NCBI GenBank assembly: GCA_963741955.1
Contig: CAVUKB010000010.1
Coordinates: 320,001 to 384,000, forward strand
DNA: 64,000 nucleotides
Reading direction: 5' to 3'
Source: an uncultured Acidobacteriota bacterium
Lineage (GTDB): Bacteria > Acidobacteriota > Thermoanaerobaculia > Gp7-AA8
Each line of letters begins with the position of its first letter. Positions within the stretch are counted from its first letter, which is position 1. This document shows, one piece after another, positions 20,609-30,621 of this stretch. The notes beneath the pieces were generated by a model. The model made no database searches and was not told where the DNA came from. It saw nothing but the letters and a program-made list of their open reading frames with translations. Made by a program: the position numbers and the translations under genes.

Positions 20609-21061
20609 TTACTTCAGCAGCGTTGCCAATGCGCTCCGCAGCGCGTCGTAAGACCGCTTTCCCAGCTTTTTCGCATATCCCTTCTCAATCCTGTCGATGG
20701 CGCGGCGGGCGAGCGAAGCGACCGCGAGCCCTTCTTCCGTGAGGACGATCAGACGTGCGCGCCGGTCCGTGGGGTCGTCGCGACGGTCGAGATAGCCGAG
20801 GTCCGACAACTCGTCCACCAACTCCTTCATGGAGGGCTTGCTGATCCCGGCGAGCGCCGCGAGCTCGGTGAGTCTCGCACCGTCGCGCCCGAGGTTGGCG
20901 AGGACGGCGCCATGCTTGGGCCGAAGGGCGTCGTGACCGGCATTCCGAAACGCACGAAACAGCTCTCTCTCGAACGCGCGGTAGGCCTCCAGGAGGAGCG
21001 TGCCGGTGTTCGCCTCATCCGGAGGGAGGGATTTCGGCTGACGGAGCTCTCTTGACAACAT
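20609..21061 (-). CDS. MarR family transcriptional regulator
   Basis: ELAALAGISKPSMKELVDEL..LGYL.R..DPTDRRARLIVLTEEG. Confidence 0.92.
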   Translation of the reverse strand: MLSRELRQPKSLPPDEANTGTLLLEAYRAFERELFRAFRNAGHDALRPKHGAVLANLGRDGARLTELAALAGISKPSMKELVDELSDLGYLDRRDDPTDRRARLIVLTEEGLAVASLARRAIDRIEKGYAKKLGKRSYDALRSALATLLK

Positions 21062-21063
21062 GA

Positions 21064-21097
21064 TTAGGTTACCTTATCTTTTGATTAGGTAACCTAA
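21064..21097. promoter_or_regulatory. Tandem palindromic operator pair (likely MarR sites)
   Basis: TTAGGTTACCTTA (21064-21076) and TTAGGTAACCTAA (21085-21097), 21 bp apart, in the short divergent marR intergenic region. Confidence 0.7.
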
Positions 21098-21117
21098 CGA
21101 TAAGGAGGCTCCCTGCA

Positions 21118-21591
21118 ATGAACCGTCAGCTCTTCACCACGTCGATCGGCATCCCATACTCCGCCGCAGGCTTCACCGAAAAGGACGAAGCTCTCTCGGC
21201 GCTCGCTCCGGTTGCCGGCTTCGTCGACGCCTGGAATCGTCACGACATGAATGCTCTGGCCGAGCTCTATACCGCGGACGCGGAATTCGTGAATGTGATC
21301 GGGATGTGGTGGCACGGCCGTGACGAGATTCGAGCGCAACACGCACTGCTTCACCAGGGAAGGATGAAGCAAACCACGCTCAGCCAGGAGGCCCCGATGG
21401 TGAAGCTCCTCTCGCAGTCGGTGGCGATGGCACACGCGAGATGGGAGCTGCGGGGCGACGCCGGAGCTCCAGGGTGGGAGATCGGCGAGGTCCGGCGCGG
21501 AATGCTGATTCACGTCCTGATCCGTGAGGCCGGGGTATGGAAGATCACCGCCACGCAGAACACCGACATCGTCGAGATTCCGAACAACTGA
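21118..21591 (+). CDS. SgcJ/EcaC family (NTF2-like/SnoaL-like) protein
   Basis: FVDAWNRHDM.ALAELYT.DAEFVNVIG...GRDEIRAQH...WKITATQNT; AAGGAGG RBS. Confidence 0.85.
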   Translation: MNRQLFTTSIGIPYSAAGFTEKDEALSALAPVAGFVDAWNRHDMNALAELYTADAEFVNVIGMWWHGRDEIRAQHALLHQGRMKQTTLSQEAPMVKLLSQSVAMAHARWELRGDAGAPGWEIGEVRRGMLIHVLIREAGVWKITATQNTDIVEIPNN

Positions 21592-21676
21592 CGACCGGCT
21601 CGACCACTCGTCGGGGGAAGCGGGGCCCTCTCCGCGACGAGACACTGAATTCCCCGGACGACGATTCTCCCGGAAG

Positions 21677-22225
21677 TCAGAGCTCCAGTGCGATGTCGGC
21701 GGATGTCCGCACGGTCGCGAACGATCCGTCGAGTGCCGCGAGGTACGACGTCTGGACGTCGGCCGCGGCGACCATGCGCTCCCCGAACCGGAGATCCCGC
21801 GTCGCGCACGCGTCGTGGACGAGCTCGCAGCTGAAGCCGTAATCGGCGGCGGCGCGGGTGGTCGTGTCGACGCACATGTGGGTCATCATCCCGGCGATCA
21901 CGAGCTGATCGGGCCCCAGGGCCCGTAGATGCTCGAGGAGCGGAGTCTCCCGGAACGAATTCGGGTAATGCTTCCGGAACAGCGTCTCTCCGGAGAGCGG
22001 TGCGACGCTCGGGTGGATCTCGACGCCGGCCGTCCCGGGAAGAAAGAACGTCGCGCCGGGCCGCACCGAGACATGCTGGATGTGAATCACCGGGCGCACC
22101 GCTCGACGGAACGAGTCGAGGAGCTCTGACGCTCGATTGACGGCGTCATCACTCCCGTCGAGCTCCATCGCACCCCCGGGAAAGTAGTCTTTCTGAAGAT
22201 CGATCAGCAGCAACGCTCGTTTCAT
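21677..22225 (-). CDS. Isochorismatase-family cysteine hydrolase
   Basis: ALLLIDLQKDYF, KHYPNSF, GMMTHMCVDTT (Asp-Lys-Cys triad). Confidence 0.92.
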   Translation of the reverse strand: MKRALLLIDLQKDYFPGGAMELDGSDDAVNRASELLDSFRRAVRPVIHIQHVSVRPGATFFLPGTAGVEIHPSVAPLSGETLFRKHYPNSFRETPLLEHLRALGPDQLVIAGMMTHMCVDTTTRAAADYGFSCELVHDACATRDLRFGERMVAAADVQTSYLAALDGSFATVRTSADIALEL

Positions 22226-22459
22226 CGAGTCACCCCTCCACTTGTTACGGAATCATAACTCCCCCCTCTTCCGTCAAAACTCCCGGATCGCGTATCCTTT
22301 GAGCGGGACGTTTCATCGGACTTCCGTGGAGGGGCGAACGGGGCGGTCTGAGGCAGGCCGGTCTCATCCTCCAATCGGGAATCCCGACGATTCATTACGG
22401 CAAGGTCCGCGGTCAGAGCACGATCCAATCAACCGGAGTACCGCAGTCGAGGTGTCTTT

Positions 22460-23584
22460 ATGAAGAAACGCATGTTTCTGATGCTTTCGGTCGTCGTCGT
22501 CTTCATCGGAGCGGTGGGAGGGTTCAAGTTCCTGCAGATCCGCGATGCGATGGCGCAGGGTGCGGCCTATCAGCCGCCTCCCGAAGCGGTGACCACGATC
22601 GTCGCGCACCAGGAGCAGTGGGCCGACAAGCTCAAGGCGATCGGAACGGTCGTCGCGGTGAACGGGGTCGACGTCAGCGCCGATCTCCCCGGTGTGGTCG
22701 AGCAGATTCATTTCGAATCGGGCCGTCCGGTGGAGAAGGGGTCGGTCCTCGTCACGCTCGACACGCGCCAGGAGCGCGCCCAGCTCGCGGCTGCGGTCGC
22801 GGAGCGCGACCGGCTCGCGGTCGATCTGAGACGCGCGCAGGAGATGCTCACCAGCGCGGTGATCCCGCAGTCGACCTACGATTCGGTGGCCGCGCAGTCG
22901 AAGCAGGCGATTGCCAGAGTCGGCGAGATCGAAGCGACCATCGCCCGCAAGACCATCCGCGCTCCGTTCTCCGGAGTCCTCGGGATCCGCAAGGTCAACC
23001 TCGGCCAGTACCTCTCCGGCGGCGAGGCTATCGTCTCCCTCCAGTCGCTCCGCCCCGCCTACGTCGAGTTCGACGTCCCCCAGCAGGATCTCGCCAAGCT
23101 GAAGATCGGCGGTGAGGTCGAAGCGACCACCGAGTCGATCGGTTCAGTGGAGAGTGGAAGGATCACCGCCTACGATTCGCGGATCGACCCGGTGACGCGA
23201 AACGTCCGGGTCCAGGCGAGCTTCGACAACCGCTCCGGCAACCTTCATCCCGGGATGTTCGTCGACGTTCACCTTTCGGCGGGTACGAATGTGGCGGTCA
23301 TCCCGCTCCCGTCGTCCGCGATCAGCTACGCGCCATTCGGAAACTCGGTGTACATCGTGGAGAACGTCAAGGGTGAGGACGGCAAGTCGTATCGAGGCGT
23401 GCGCCAGCAGTTCGTGAAGACCGGCGCCTCGCGCGGCGATCAGGTGGCCGTTCTTTCCGGCGTGAAACCGGGGGAGGAGGTCGTGACCTCGGGGGCGTTC
23501 AAACTTCGCCCCGGAGCGGCGGTGATCGTGAACAACCAGGTCCAGCCGTCGAACAATCCTTCGCCCAATCCGGCAGACAGCTGA
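22460..23584 (+). CDS. RND efflux periplasmic adaptor (MexH/MexV-like)
   Basis: N-terminal TM; lipoyl halves G.VEQIHFESG..VEKG and IRAPFSGVLG; L.PGMFV; GEEVVTSG. Confidence 0.92.
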   Translation: MKKRMFLMLSVVVVFIGAVGGFKFLQIRDAMAQGAAYQPPPEAVTTIVAHQEQWADKLKAIGTVVAVNGVDVSADLPGVVEQIHFESGRPVEKGSVLVTLDTRQERAQLAAAVAERDRLAVDLRRAQEMLTSAVIPQSTYDSVAAQSKQAIARVGEIEATIARKTIRAPFSGVLGIRKVNLGQYLSGGEAIVSLQSLRPAYVEFDVPQQDLAKLKIGGEVEATTESIGSVESGRITAYDSRIDPVTRNVRVQASFDNRSGNLHPGMFVDVHLSAGTNVAVIPLPSSAISYAPFGNSVYIVENVKGEDGKSYRGVRQQFVKTGASRGDQVAVLSGVKPGEEVVTSGAFKLRPGAAVIVNNQVQPSNNPSPNPADS

Positions 23585-23625
23585 GTCAGGGTCAGCTCTG
23601 CAGTTTCGAAGATCGGACGTGACGC

Positions 23626-26600
23626 ATGAAAATCACTGATCTCTTCGTCCGCCGCCCGGTACTCGCCGTGGTGGTGAACCTGGTCATCCTCATCGGCGGC
23701 CTTCAGGCCGTTCGCTCGCTGACCGTACGCCAGTTCCCGCGCAGTGACATGGCGAACGTCGTCGTACGCACCGTCTACATCGGCGCGAACGCCGATCTGG
23801 TGCGCGGCTTCATCACCGCGCCGCTCGAGCGGGCCATCGCCGGCGCCGACGGGATCGACTTCATGGAGTCTTCGAGCGCGCAGGGGATGAGCACCATCAC
23901 GGTGCACCTGAAGCTCAACTACGACACCAACGCCGCTCTCACCCAGATCCAGGCGAAGGTCGCCCAGGTGCGCAATCAGCTTCCCCCTGAAGCCGAGGCG
24001 CCGGTGATCGACCTGCAGACGACGGACAGCCAGTTCGCCTCCGGGTACCTCGGCTTTTCTTCAAAAGAGCTCGACCAGAACCAGATCACCGACTACCTGA
24101 CTCGCGTCGTCCAGCCGAAGCTGAGCGCGATCGCCGGCGTCCAGCGCGCAGAGATCTTCGGGGACCGGACTTTCGCCATGCGGGTCTGGCTCAAGCCCGA
24201 CCGGATGGCGGCACTCGGCATCTCTCCCTCCGAGGTCCACGACGCGCTCGCGGCGAACAACTATCTGTCGGCACTCGGAGCGACGAAGGGATCGATGACG
24301 TCGATCAACCTCGTCGCGAACACGAACCTCCAGACCGCCGACGAGTTCCGCAAGCTGGTGGTAAAGGAACGGAATGGGACGGTGATCCGTCTCGGCGACA
24401 TCGCCGACGTGGTGCTCGGCGCCGAGACGTACGACAGCGAAGTTCGCTTCAACGGACAGACCGCGGTCTTCATCGGGATCTACCCGCTGCCGACCGCGAA
24501 CACGCTCGACGTGATGAAGGCGGTCCGCGCTGAGATTCCCGAGATCCGGGCACAGCTTCCGGCCGGAATGAGCATCGGCGTTCCGTACGACTCCTCGGAG
24601 TACATCCAGTCGGCGATCGACGAGGTTCTCAAGACGCTGACGGAGACGCTCCTCATCGTCGTGCTGGTGATCTTCCTCTTCCTCGGCAGCGTCCGGGGAT
24701 TGATCATCCCGGTGGTCGCGATTCCGGTCTCGCTGATCGGCGCGGTCCTCCTGATGATGATCTTCGGCTTCACCATCAACCTTCTGACGCTCCTCGCGAT
24801 CGTCCTATCCGTCGGGCTGGTCGTCGATGATGCGATCGTGATGGTGGAGAACATCGAGCGGCATCTCCACATGGGAAAGACGCCGATGCAGGCGGCGGCC
24901 GACGCGGCGCGCGAGCTGGTCGGTCCGGTCATCGCGATGACCATCACCCTCGCCACGGTGTACACGCCGGTCGCACTGCAGGGGGGGCTGACCGGTTCGC
25001 TTTTCCGCGAATTCGCGTTCACCCTCGCGGGCGCGGTGCTGATCTCCGGATTCGTAGCCCTGACCCTCTCTCCGATGATGGGATCGAAGCTGCTGCGCGA
25101 AGGCGACACCGAGCGCGGCTTTGCGGGGATGATCAACCGTCACTTCGAGGTGGTGCGGCGGCTTTATACGCGGCTCCTCACCGGAACGCTGAAGTACCGG
25201 CCGGTAGTCTTCACCCTCTGGATCATCGTCGTCGCCCTGGCGATTCCCTTCTACATGTTCTCCCAGAAGGAGCTCGCTCCTCCGGAGGATCAGAACTTCA
25301 TCTTCGGCATCATTCAGGCAGCTCCGAACGCGACGCTCGACCAGACCAAGCTCTTCGCGCATCAGGTGGACGACATCTACCGCGCACAGCCGGAGTACAA
25401 GGCGACGTTTCAGGTGGTCACCCCGAACGGCGGCTTCGGCGGGATGGCGATGAAGCCTCTCGAGGAGCGGTCCCGCGGAGTGCAGCAGGTTCAGGTCGCT
25501 GTCTCGAACGCCACGTCGAAGATCCCCGGGATCCGTTCGATCCAGCTGATTCCTCCGTCACTCCCCGGCGGTGAAGGATTCCCGGTCGACTTCGCAATCG
25601 TTTCGACCGCCGAGCCGGAGCAGCTCGCGGAGTTCGCAAACCAGCTGGTGCAGAAGGCGTACACGAGCGGGAAGTTCATGTTCGTCGATACGGACCTGAA
25701 GTTCGACCAGCCGCAGGCGAAAGTGGTTTTCGACCGCGACAAGCTCCGCGCGCAGGGAGTCGACATGTCTCAGGTCGGACGCGACCTCTCCGTACTCCTC
25801 GGCGGGAACTACGTGAACCGCTTCAGTATCCAGGGACGCAGCTACAAGGTCATCCCGCAGGTGAAGCGCGCCGACCGCCTCACGCCCGACCAGCTCGAGC
25901 AGATCTACGTCACCGGGGGAAACGGGAAGCTCGTTCCGCTCTCGACGTTCGCCACGCTGGAGACCTCGACCCAACCTCGCGAGCTGAAGCGCTTTCAGCA
26001 GCTCAATGCGGTGCGGATCCAGGGAGCGATCCCGCCGGGCGTTTCGCTCGACGACGCTCTCTCGTATCTCGAGGAGCAGGCGCGCGAAATTCTGCCGCGC
26101 GGCTACTCCATCGACTACGCGGGCGAGTCGCGACAGTTGCGCACTGAGGGGAACAAGTTTCTCGGCGTGTTTCTCCTCTCGGCGATTCTGATCTATCTCG
26201 TACTCGCGGCGCAGTTCGAGAGCTTCCGCGATCCGCTGATCATCCTCGCGGGCTCGGTCCCGCTCGCGATCTCCGGATCGCTCCTCTTCTCGTTCCTCGG
26301 GCTCACGTCGATCAACATCTACAGCCAGATCGGTCTGATCACGCTGGTCGGACTGATCTCGCGCAACGGCATTCTGATCGTCGAATTCGCGAATCACCTT
26401 CAGGAGACGGGGAAGGCGAAGATCGCGGCGGTGATCGAGGCGGCGGGAACTCGGCTCCGGCCGATTCTGATGACCACGGCGGCGACTGTCGCTGGCCATC
26501 TCCCGCTCGTCTTCGCACGCGGTCCGGGAGCCGGAGCGCGCAACAGCGTCGGCATCATGCTGGTGACGGGAATGATGATCGGGACCTGCTTCACGCTGTT

Positions 26601-26718
26601 CGTCGTGCCGTCGATCTACGTCCTTCTCGCGCGGACGCATCGCGCCGACGAGATCGAGGAGATCGCCACGGAGTCGGAACCGGAGATCGGTCCCGACCTC
26701 GAGCCCTCTACGGTGTAG
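23626..26718 (+). CDS. RND efflux permease (MexI/MexW-like)
   Basis: 1030 aa; FVRRPVLA, SVGLVVDDAIVMVENI, RNGILIVEFAN, RLRPILMTT. Confidence 0.95.
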   Translation: MKITDLFVRRPVLAVVVNLVILIGGLQAVRSLTVRQFPRSDMANVVVRTVYIGANADLVRGFITAPLERAIAGADGIDFMESSSAQGMSTITVHLKLNYDTNAALTQIQAKVAQVRNQLPPEAEAPVIDLQTTDSQFASGYLGFSSKELDQNQITDYLTRVVQPKLSAIAGVQRAEIFGDRTFAMRVWLKPDRMAALGISPSEVHDALAANNYLSALGATKGSMTSINLVANTNLQTADEFRKLVVKERNGTVIRLGDIADVVLGAETYDSEVRFNGQTAVFIGIYPLPTANTLDVMKAVRAEIPEIRAQLPAGMSIGVPYDSSEYIQSAIDEVLKTLTETLLIVVLVIFLFLGSVRGLIIPVVAIPVSLIGAVLLMMIFGFTINLLTLLAIVLSVGLVVDDAIVMVENIERHLHMGKTPMQAAADAARELVGPVIAMTITLATVYTPVALQGGLTGSLFREFAFTLAGAVLISGFVALTLSPMMGSKLLREGDTERGFAGMINRHFEVVRRLYTRLLTGTLKYRPVVFTLWIIVVALAIPFYMFSQKELAPPEDQNFIFGIIQAAPNATLDQTKLFAHQVDDIYRAQPEYKATFQVVTPNGGFGGMAMKPLEERSRGVQQVQVAVSNATSKIPGIRSIQLIPPSLPGGEGFPVDFAIVSTAEPEQLAEFANQLVQKAYTSGKFMFVDTDLKFDQPQAKVVFDRDKLRAQGVDMSQVGRDLSVLLGGNYVNRFSIQGRSYKVIPQVKRADRLTPDQLEQIYVTGGNGKLVPLSTFATLETSTQPRELKRFQQLNAVRIQGAIPPGVSLDDALSYLEEQAREILPRGYSIDYAGESRQLRTEGNKFLGVFLLSAILIYLVLAAQFESFRDPLIILAGSVPLAISGSLLFSFLGLTSINIYSQIGLITLVGLISRNGILIVEFANHLQETGKAKIAAVIEAAGTRLRPILMTTAATVAGHLPLVFARGPGAGARNSVGIMLVTGMMIGTCFTLFVVPSIYVLLARTHRADEIEEIATESEPEIGPDLEPSTV

Positions 26719-26754
26719 TGGCTCGCGCCAGAGTGGGTCGCGCGTCCCGCGCAG

Positions 26755-26779
26755 GCTCCCCGGCGTGGCGCCGGGGAGC
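26755..26779 (+). terminator. GC-rich hairpin downstream of the RND operon
   Basis: GCTCCCCGGCG-TGG-CGCCGGGGAGC, a perfect 11-bp stem 37 nt after the stop codon; no U-tract. Confidence 0.35.
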
Positions 26780-27288
26780 GATGGTTTGCAGCGGAGGCTG
26801 GATGCGACAAGTCACGCGGCTGACACGGCGAATTCCCTCGTACTCGATGAGAACCACGCTGCAGTCCCGCTGGCAAAACCTGAAGTGATCGTTCCGCCAA
26901 TACTTCCGGCAGACCTGAAACTGGCTGCACACTCGTTCAGGACTCCTGTGTCGAAGCGGAGGGTTTCAGCTCTTCTGTGCGGTGGGAGGCCAATCGGCAT
27001 GTTACGGAACTGTCACGAGTCGAAAACGCTGGGTACCGAAGTGCCGTTGTGAAGGTACACCCTAAGTGAAAGGAAGTCTTGTCGGAGGACAGCAACCGCT
27101 GAGGATCGCGCGAGATGGATTCTGCCGACGACGCCGTGCCGCGGTGCCCCTCCTGCCCGAGCCTGAGCACGACAAGATCATGGCAAGTCGCAGCATTCAG
27201 TTATCACGGTTACCCTGGCATCGACGCCGGCCGATCCATCGTAGGTGAAAACGGCCGTTGGGACGGCAGCCCAGAAGGAGAAGACGAC

Positions 27289-29709
27289 ATGAACTCAAGA
27301 AGAAGGTTCGCGAAAGTGCGGTTGCACCCCACGACCGCGCTCGCCGCGACTTTGGCGCTCGTCGCGTCGACGCTTGTCGCGGGGGCACCAGGTCGAACAA
27401 AGCTGCTGATCAGTTCCGGCGGATCCGCGCCGCCGCAGACCACGGTCACAGCAATGGTTGCCGCTGGCGCAAAAGCTATCGAAGCGTACGACCCTTTCCA
27501 GCTGATCGACGTTCCGGCCAACGCGGTCCCCGACTTTCTTGCGTTGGCCACTCACCTTGGACTAACGGTCGAGATTCGCGACGACTTCGACGAGGTGCGC
27601 CTACCTCGGCTCATGATCGACACGCGAAGACCGCCCACGATCCCCAGCTATCCGCCGGGAACTAACGGGATCTTCGTAGTACAATTCAAGGGTCCCCAGA
27701 AGGCTGAGTGGTCGCGATCACTCAGCGCACACGGCATTATAGTGCTGCAAGGAATTCAAGCCAATGCGGCGCTGGTGGTGGCCACGACGACTGCCCTTGA
27801 TCGCTACCTGGCCGAAACGTCCGTTGTCCAATGGGTAAGCCCGTACCCTCCCGAGGCAAAAGGAGCCTTATTCGGTCGCGATGATCCACCTGCCGATCTC
27901 CAGATCGAAGTCGCGAACGTTCCGGGTAAGGAACAGGTCGCTGAGAGAGCCGCCGCTGCCTCGGGATTTGCAGCTCGAACCGAATACGGGCCCAACGACT
28001 TTCGCATCCACGCCCGTCTCAGCGGCGCTGACGCGATCCAACTGCTCGCCGAACCGCTAGTCTTGGGTATCTTTCACGAGCCGCAGTGGCGACTCTCGGA
28101 CGAACGCCAAGTCCTTAGCGCGACGATGAAGACTGGTTGGACTAGTCCGAGCCCAGGTTACCAGTCCTGGCTGGTCAGCAATTGCGCGGTCTGTTCGAAC
28201 CTCGGCCCGACTTTCAAAGTGAGCATAGCGGACACCGGGCTGGACAAGGGCAATGTTCCGCAGGGCCAAGAGGGGGTCGAGCAGGCAGATTTGCGAGGGC
28301 GAGAAGTCTTCGGTTCGCAATGGGCTACCGACGATTGCTCAAGTCCCGGAGGCTACGTCGGGTGCGATCGCTTGGGCCATGGCACGATGGTTGCCGGAAT
28401 CGTGGGTGGAAACGGCGCGACGGCCACCGTCGATACGGGTAACTATCTCCTCGGTGTAGGTGTCGCGCCCACCGCGACGATCGTGAGTACGAAGATCGAA
28501 AACGGCGCAGGCGTTGTCGGTTCAGGCACAATCAGGAGCTGGGCGCCGGACGCGACTAATCGCGGTGCCTATATTCAGAACCACTCCCACAACGACTACG
28601 GGCACGACGTCAGCGGTCGATATACTCTCGAAAGTCGCGACTTTGATTACGTCGTCCGAGACGCCGATGGTGACTGGACGGATCATGATGATACGCAAAT
28701 CACCTTAACAGTATCGGCAGGTAATATCGACCAGGCGGGGGACGACCCTAATAAGCAGCTCGTATCGCCGCCGGCAACCGCGAAGAACGTGATTTCAGTG
28801 GGTGCTACCGAGAATTACCGCCCGGATAAGGACGCCATGGATTGTGCCTCGACTCAAGCCGATAGCTACCGCAATCTCGCCATCATCAGCAAGCGTGGTG
28901 TTCTGGATGCCGCCATCTTCAAGCCCGACCTGGTTGCACCGGCAACTATGATTATCAGCGCAAAGCCCGGGACCCAAGCGGCAGCACCTTGGTGCGACAA
29001 CTGGCCCTATGGAAGTCTAAAGCATAACATGGGTTCGGGTACGAGCTTCGCTGCCCCCATAGCCGCCGGAGTGGCGCTTCTAGCCGGGCGTATTTACTCG
29101 TCAAGCCCGAGTGCCCCAGCCCCCGCGCTTAGAAAGGCGATGTTGATAGCAGCAGCGCGCAGCATGATCGGAGGTATCGACCGGTATACCAATACTTCCA
29201 TAGGTGCCCGCCCGAACAGCACGATCGGGTTCGGGCTCGTCACTCTCGAAGCGATTGCCAAGTCGATCGGCAGTCAGTATGTCAATCAGAGCGTCCGCTT
29301 CTACACGTCAGGCGCGTCGTGGTCACAGGACTACTACACTGTGGATCAAAACAGTCTGGTCACGATCGTTCTCGCCTGGACTGACGCGCCGGGCCCAGCC
29401 GGAGGCAGCCCGCAGCTCGTTAACAATCTCGACCTGACGGTTGAGGTATTTCAGCCGGGTGGTTGCGTTTACCGAATGGTCGGGAACGACATCAGTGCGA
29501 CAACCGAAAACTCGTATGGGCATTCCTGCGTCGGCAGTCTTGCAATGGACACCAAAAACAACGTCGAAATCGTCAGGTTCACGCCGGGCCTAAGCAATCA
29601 GTACCGAGTCACGGTACGAGCTACATCATTGAATGGAGAGGCTCTACCGCTGCAAGGCATATCACAGGATTTTGCGTTGTATGCGATTAATGCGAGGCTC
29701 ACCCCATGA
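27289..29709 (+). CDS. Secreted S8 (subtilisin-like, KP-43 type) serine peptidase
   Basis: Triad ADTGLD, GHGTMVAG, GTSFAAP; SAGN oxyanion motif; KPDLVAP; C-terminal LAWTD.PG..LVNNLDL..NNVE..QDFAL domain. ATG at 27289 follows AAGGAG. Confidence 0.9.
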   Translation: MNSRRRFAKVRLHPTTALAATLALVASTLVAGAPGRTKLLISSGGSAPPQTTVTAMVAAGAKAIEAYDPFQLIDVPANAVPDFLALATHLGLTVEIRDDFDEVRLPRLMIDTRRPPTIPSYPPGTNGIFVVQFKGPQKAEWSRSLSAHGIIVLQGIQANAALVVATTTALDRYLAETSVVQWVSPYPPEAKGALFGRDDPPADLQIEVANVPGKEQVAERAAAASGFAARTEYGPNDFRIHARLSGADAIQLLAEPLVLGIFHEPQWRLSDERQVLSATMKTGWTSPSPGYQSWLVSNCAVCSNLGPTFKVSIADTGLDKGNVPQGQEGVEQADLRGREVFGSQWATDDCSSPGGYVGCDRLGHGTMVAGIVGGNGATATVDTGNYLLGVGVAPTATIVSTKIENGAGVVGSGTIRSWAPDATNRGAYIQNHSHNDYGHDVSGRYTLESRDFDYVVRDADGDWTDHDDTQITLTVSAGNIDQAGDDPNKQLVSPPATAKNVISVGATENYRPDKDAMDCASTQADSYRNLAIISKRGVLDAAIFKPDLVAPATMIISAKPGTQAAAPWCDNWPYGSLKHNMGSGTSFAAPIAAGVALLAGRIYSSSPSAPAPALRKAMLIAAARSMIGGIDRYTNTSIGARPNSTIGFGLVTLEAIAKSIGSQYVNQSVRFYTSGASWSQDYYTVDQNSLVTIVLAWTDAPGPAGGSPQLVNNLDLTVEVFQPGGCVYRMVGNDISATTENSYGHSCVGSLAMDTKNNVEIVRFTPGLSNQYRVTVRATSLNGEALPLQGISQDFALYAINARLTP

Positions 29710-30491
29710 CCAGATTATGCTTGCACGTGACCGCACTCTTGTCGTGTATCGCCGGCACGTTGAGCGCCGGAACGAGGTTGGTACCGGTGTTCGCCGAGCA
29801 CGTGCCGGGAAGAGGAGGTTCCGTGTGGCAGTCGGAGCTTCGCTTCTACAACGCTACGGCCGTGCCGCAAACGATCGAGGTGTCTCGAACATTTCCGGCG
29901 GAAGGCACCGAGTGCACCGGAATCGCTCCCTTTGCGATCGAGCCGGGAGCGTTGGCCCAAATTAGATCGATTGGCTGCGGCGAAGGCAGCGCGGCGGCGT
30001 TTGAAATGTTGGTTGCGGACGGCGTCGAAGTGTCGAGCGTCATTACCAATATCGATCAAACGGCCCAGACAAGCTGTTGCCTGACGGGATACTCGCAAAA
30101 CATACCGATCGTCGACGCGGACCGGGCGTATGAGTTACGCCACTCGATGGCTAACCTTCAAGTGCCCGTCGTCGGAAGAACGAATCTGGGCCGGCACAAT
30201 CTCGTCATCGTGAATCCCAGCGGAAGCCCGTTGATTGTGACGCTGTTATACTATGAGGCTCATGGGTTGGATGGTACGGTATTGTTCCAGCCCCAGGAAA
30301 TTGCCGTGCCCGCGAGGGCGTACACACAGGTCGGCGACGTGCTGCCGCAGCTTCACGGCTCGGTCACGGAGCCGATTATTACGGGATACTGGCGCATCGA
30401 CGCTGCAGGCGACCGGCCTTTCTTCATTCTCGACTCATATGTCGACAATGCTACGAATGATGCAACCACAATTGAAGCCGGTGACCGCTAA
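29706..30491 (+). CDS. Secreted hypothetical protein coupled to the S8 peptidase
   Basis: ATGA overlap; signal peptide; PVFAEHVPGRGGSVWQSELRFYN...YVDNATNDATTI domain. Confidence 0.65.
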   Translation: MTRLCLHVTALLSCIAGTLSAGTRLVPVFAEHVPGRGGSVWQSELRFYNATAVPQTIEVSRTFPAEGTECTGIAPFAIEPGALAQIRSIGCGEGSAAAFEMLVADGVEVSSVITNIDQTAQTSCCLTGYSQNIPIVDADRAYELRHSMANLQVPVVGRTNLGRHNLVIVNPSGSPLIVTLLYYEAHGLDGTVLFQPQEIAVPARAYTQVGDVLPQLHGSVTEPIITGYWRIDAAGDRPFFILDSYVDNATNDATTIEAGDR

Positions 30492-30514
30492 GGCCTGATC
30501 GTCCGAGAATCGAC

Positions 30515-30549
30515 TCTCAATTCTGCACTCTGCACTCCGCATTCTGAAT
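30515..30549. repeat. Five degenerate tandem heptamers
   Basis: TCTCAAT TCTGCAC TCTGCAC TCCGCAT TCTGAAT. Confidence 0.5.
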
Positions 30550-30560
30550 TCGTCTCTCAG

Positions 30561-30596
30561 AAAAAGGAACGGCCACCCTCGCGGGTGGCCGTTCCT
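30561..30596 (-). terminator. Rho-independent terminator of the M13 peptidase gene
   Basis: 14-bp stem AGGAACGGCCACCC-TCGC-GGGTGGCCGTTCCT. The preceding A run (30561-30565) reads as a U-tract on the minus strand. Confidence 0.85.
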
Positions 30597-30621
30597 GATT
30601 TACTCACTGGAGTGAATCGTC

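Noticed and set aside
26780-27288. Possible riboswitch or ncRNA upstream of the S8 peptidase
   Set aside because: I could not match any known aptamer consensus by eye; an Rfam/Infernal scan would be needed.
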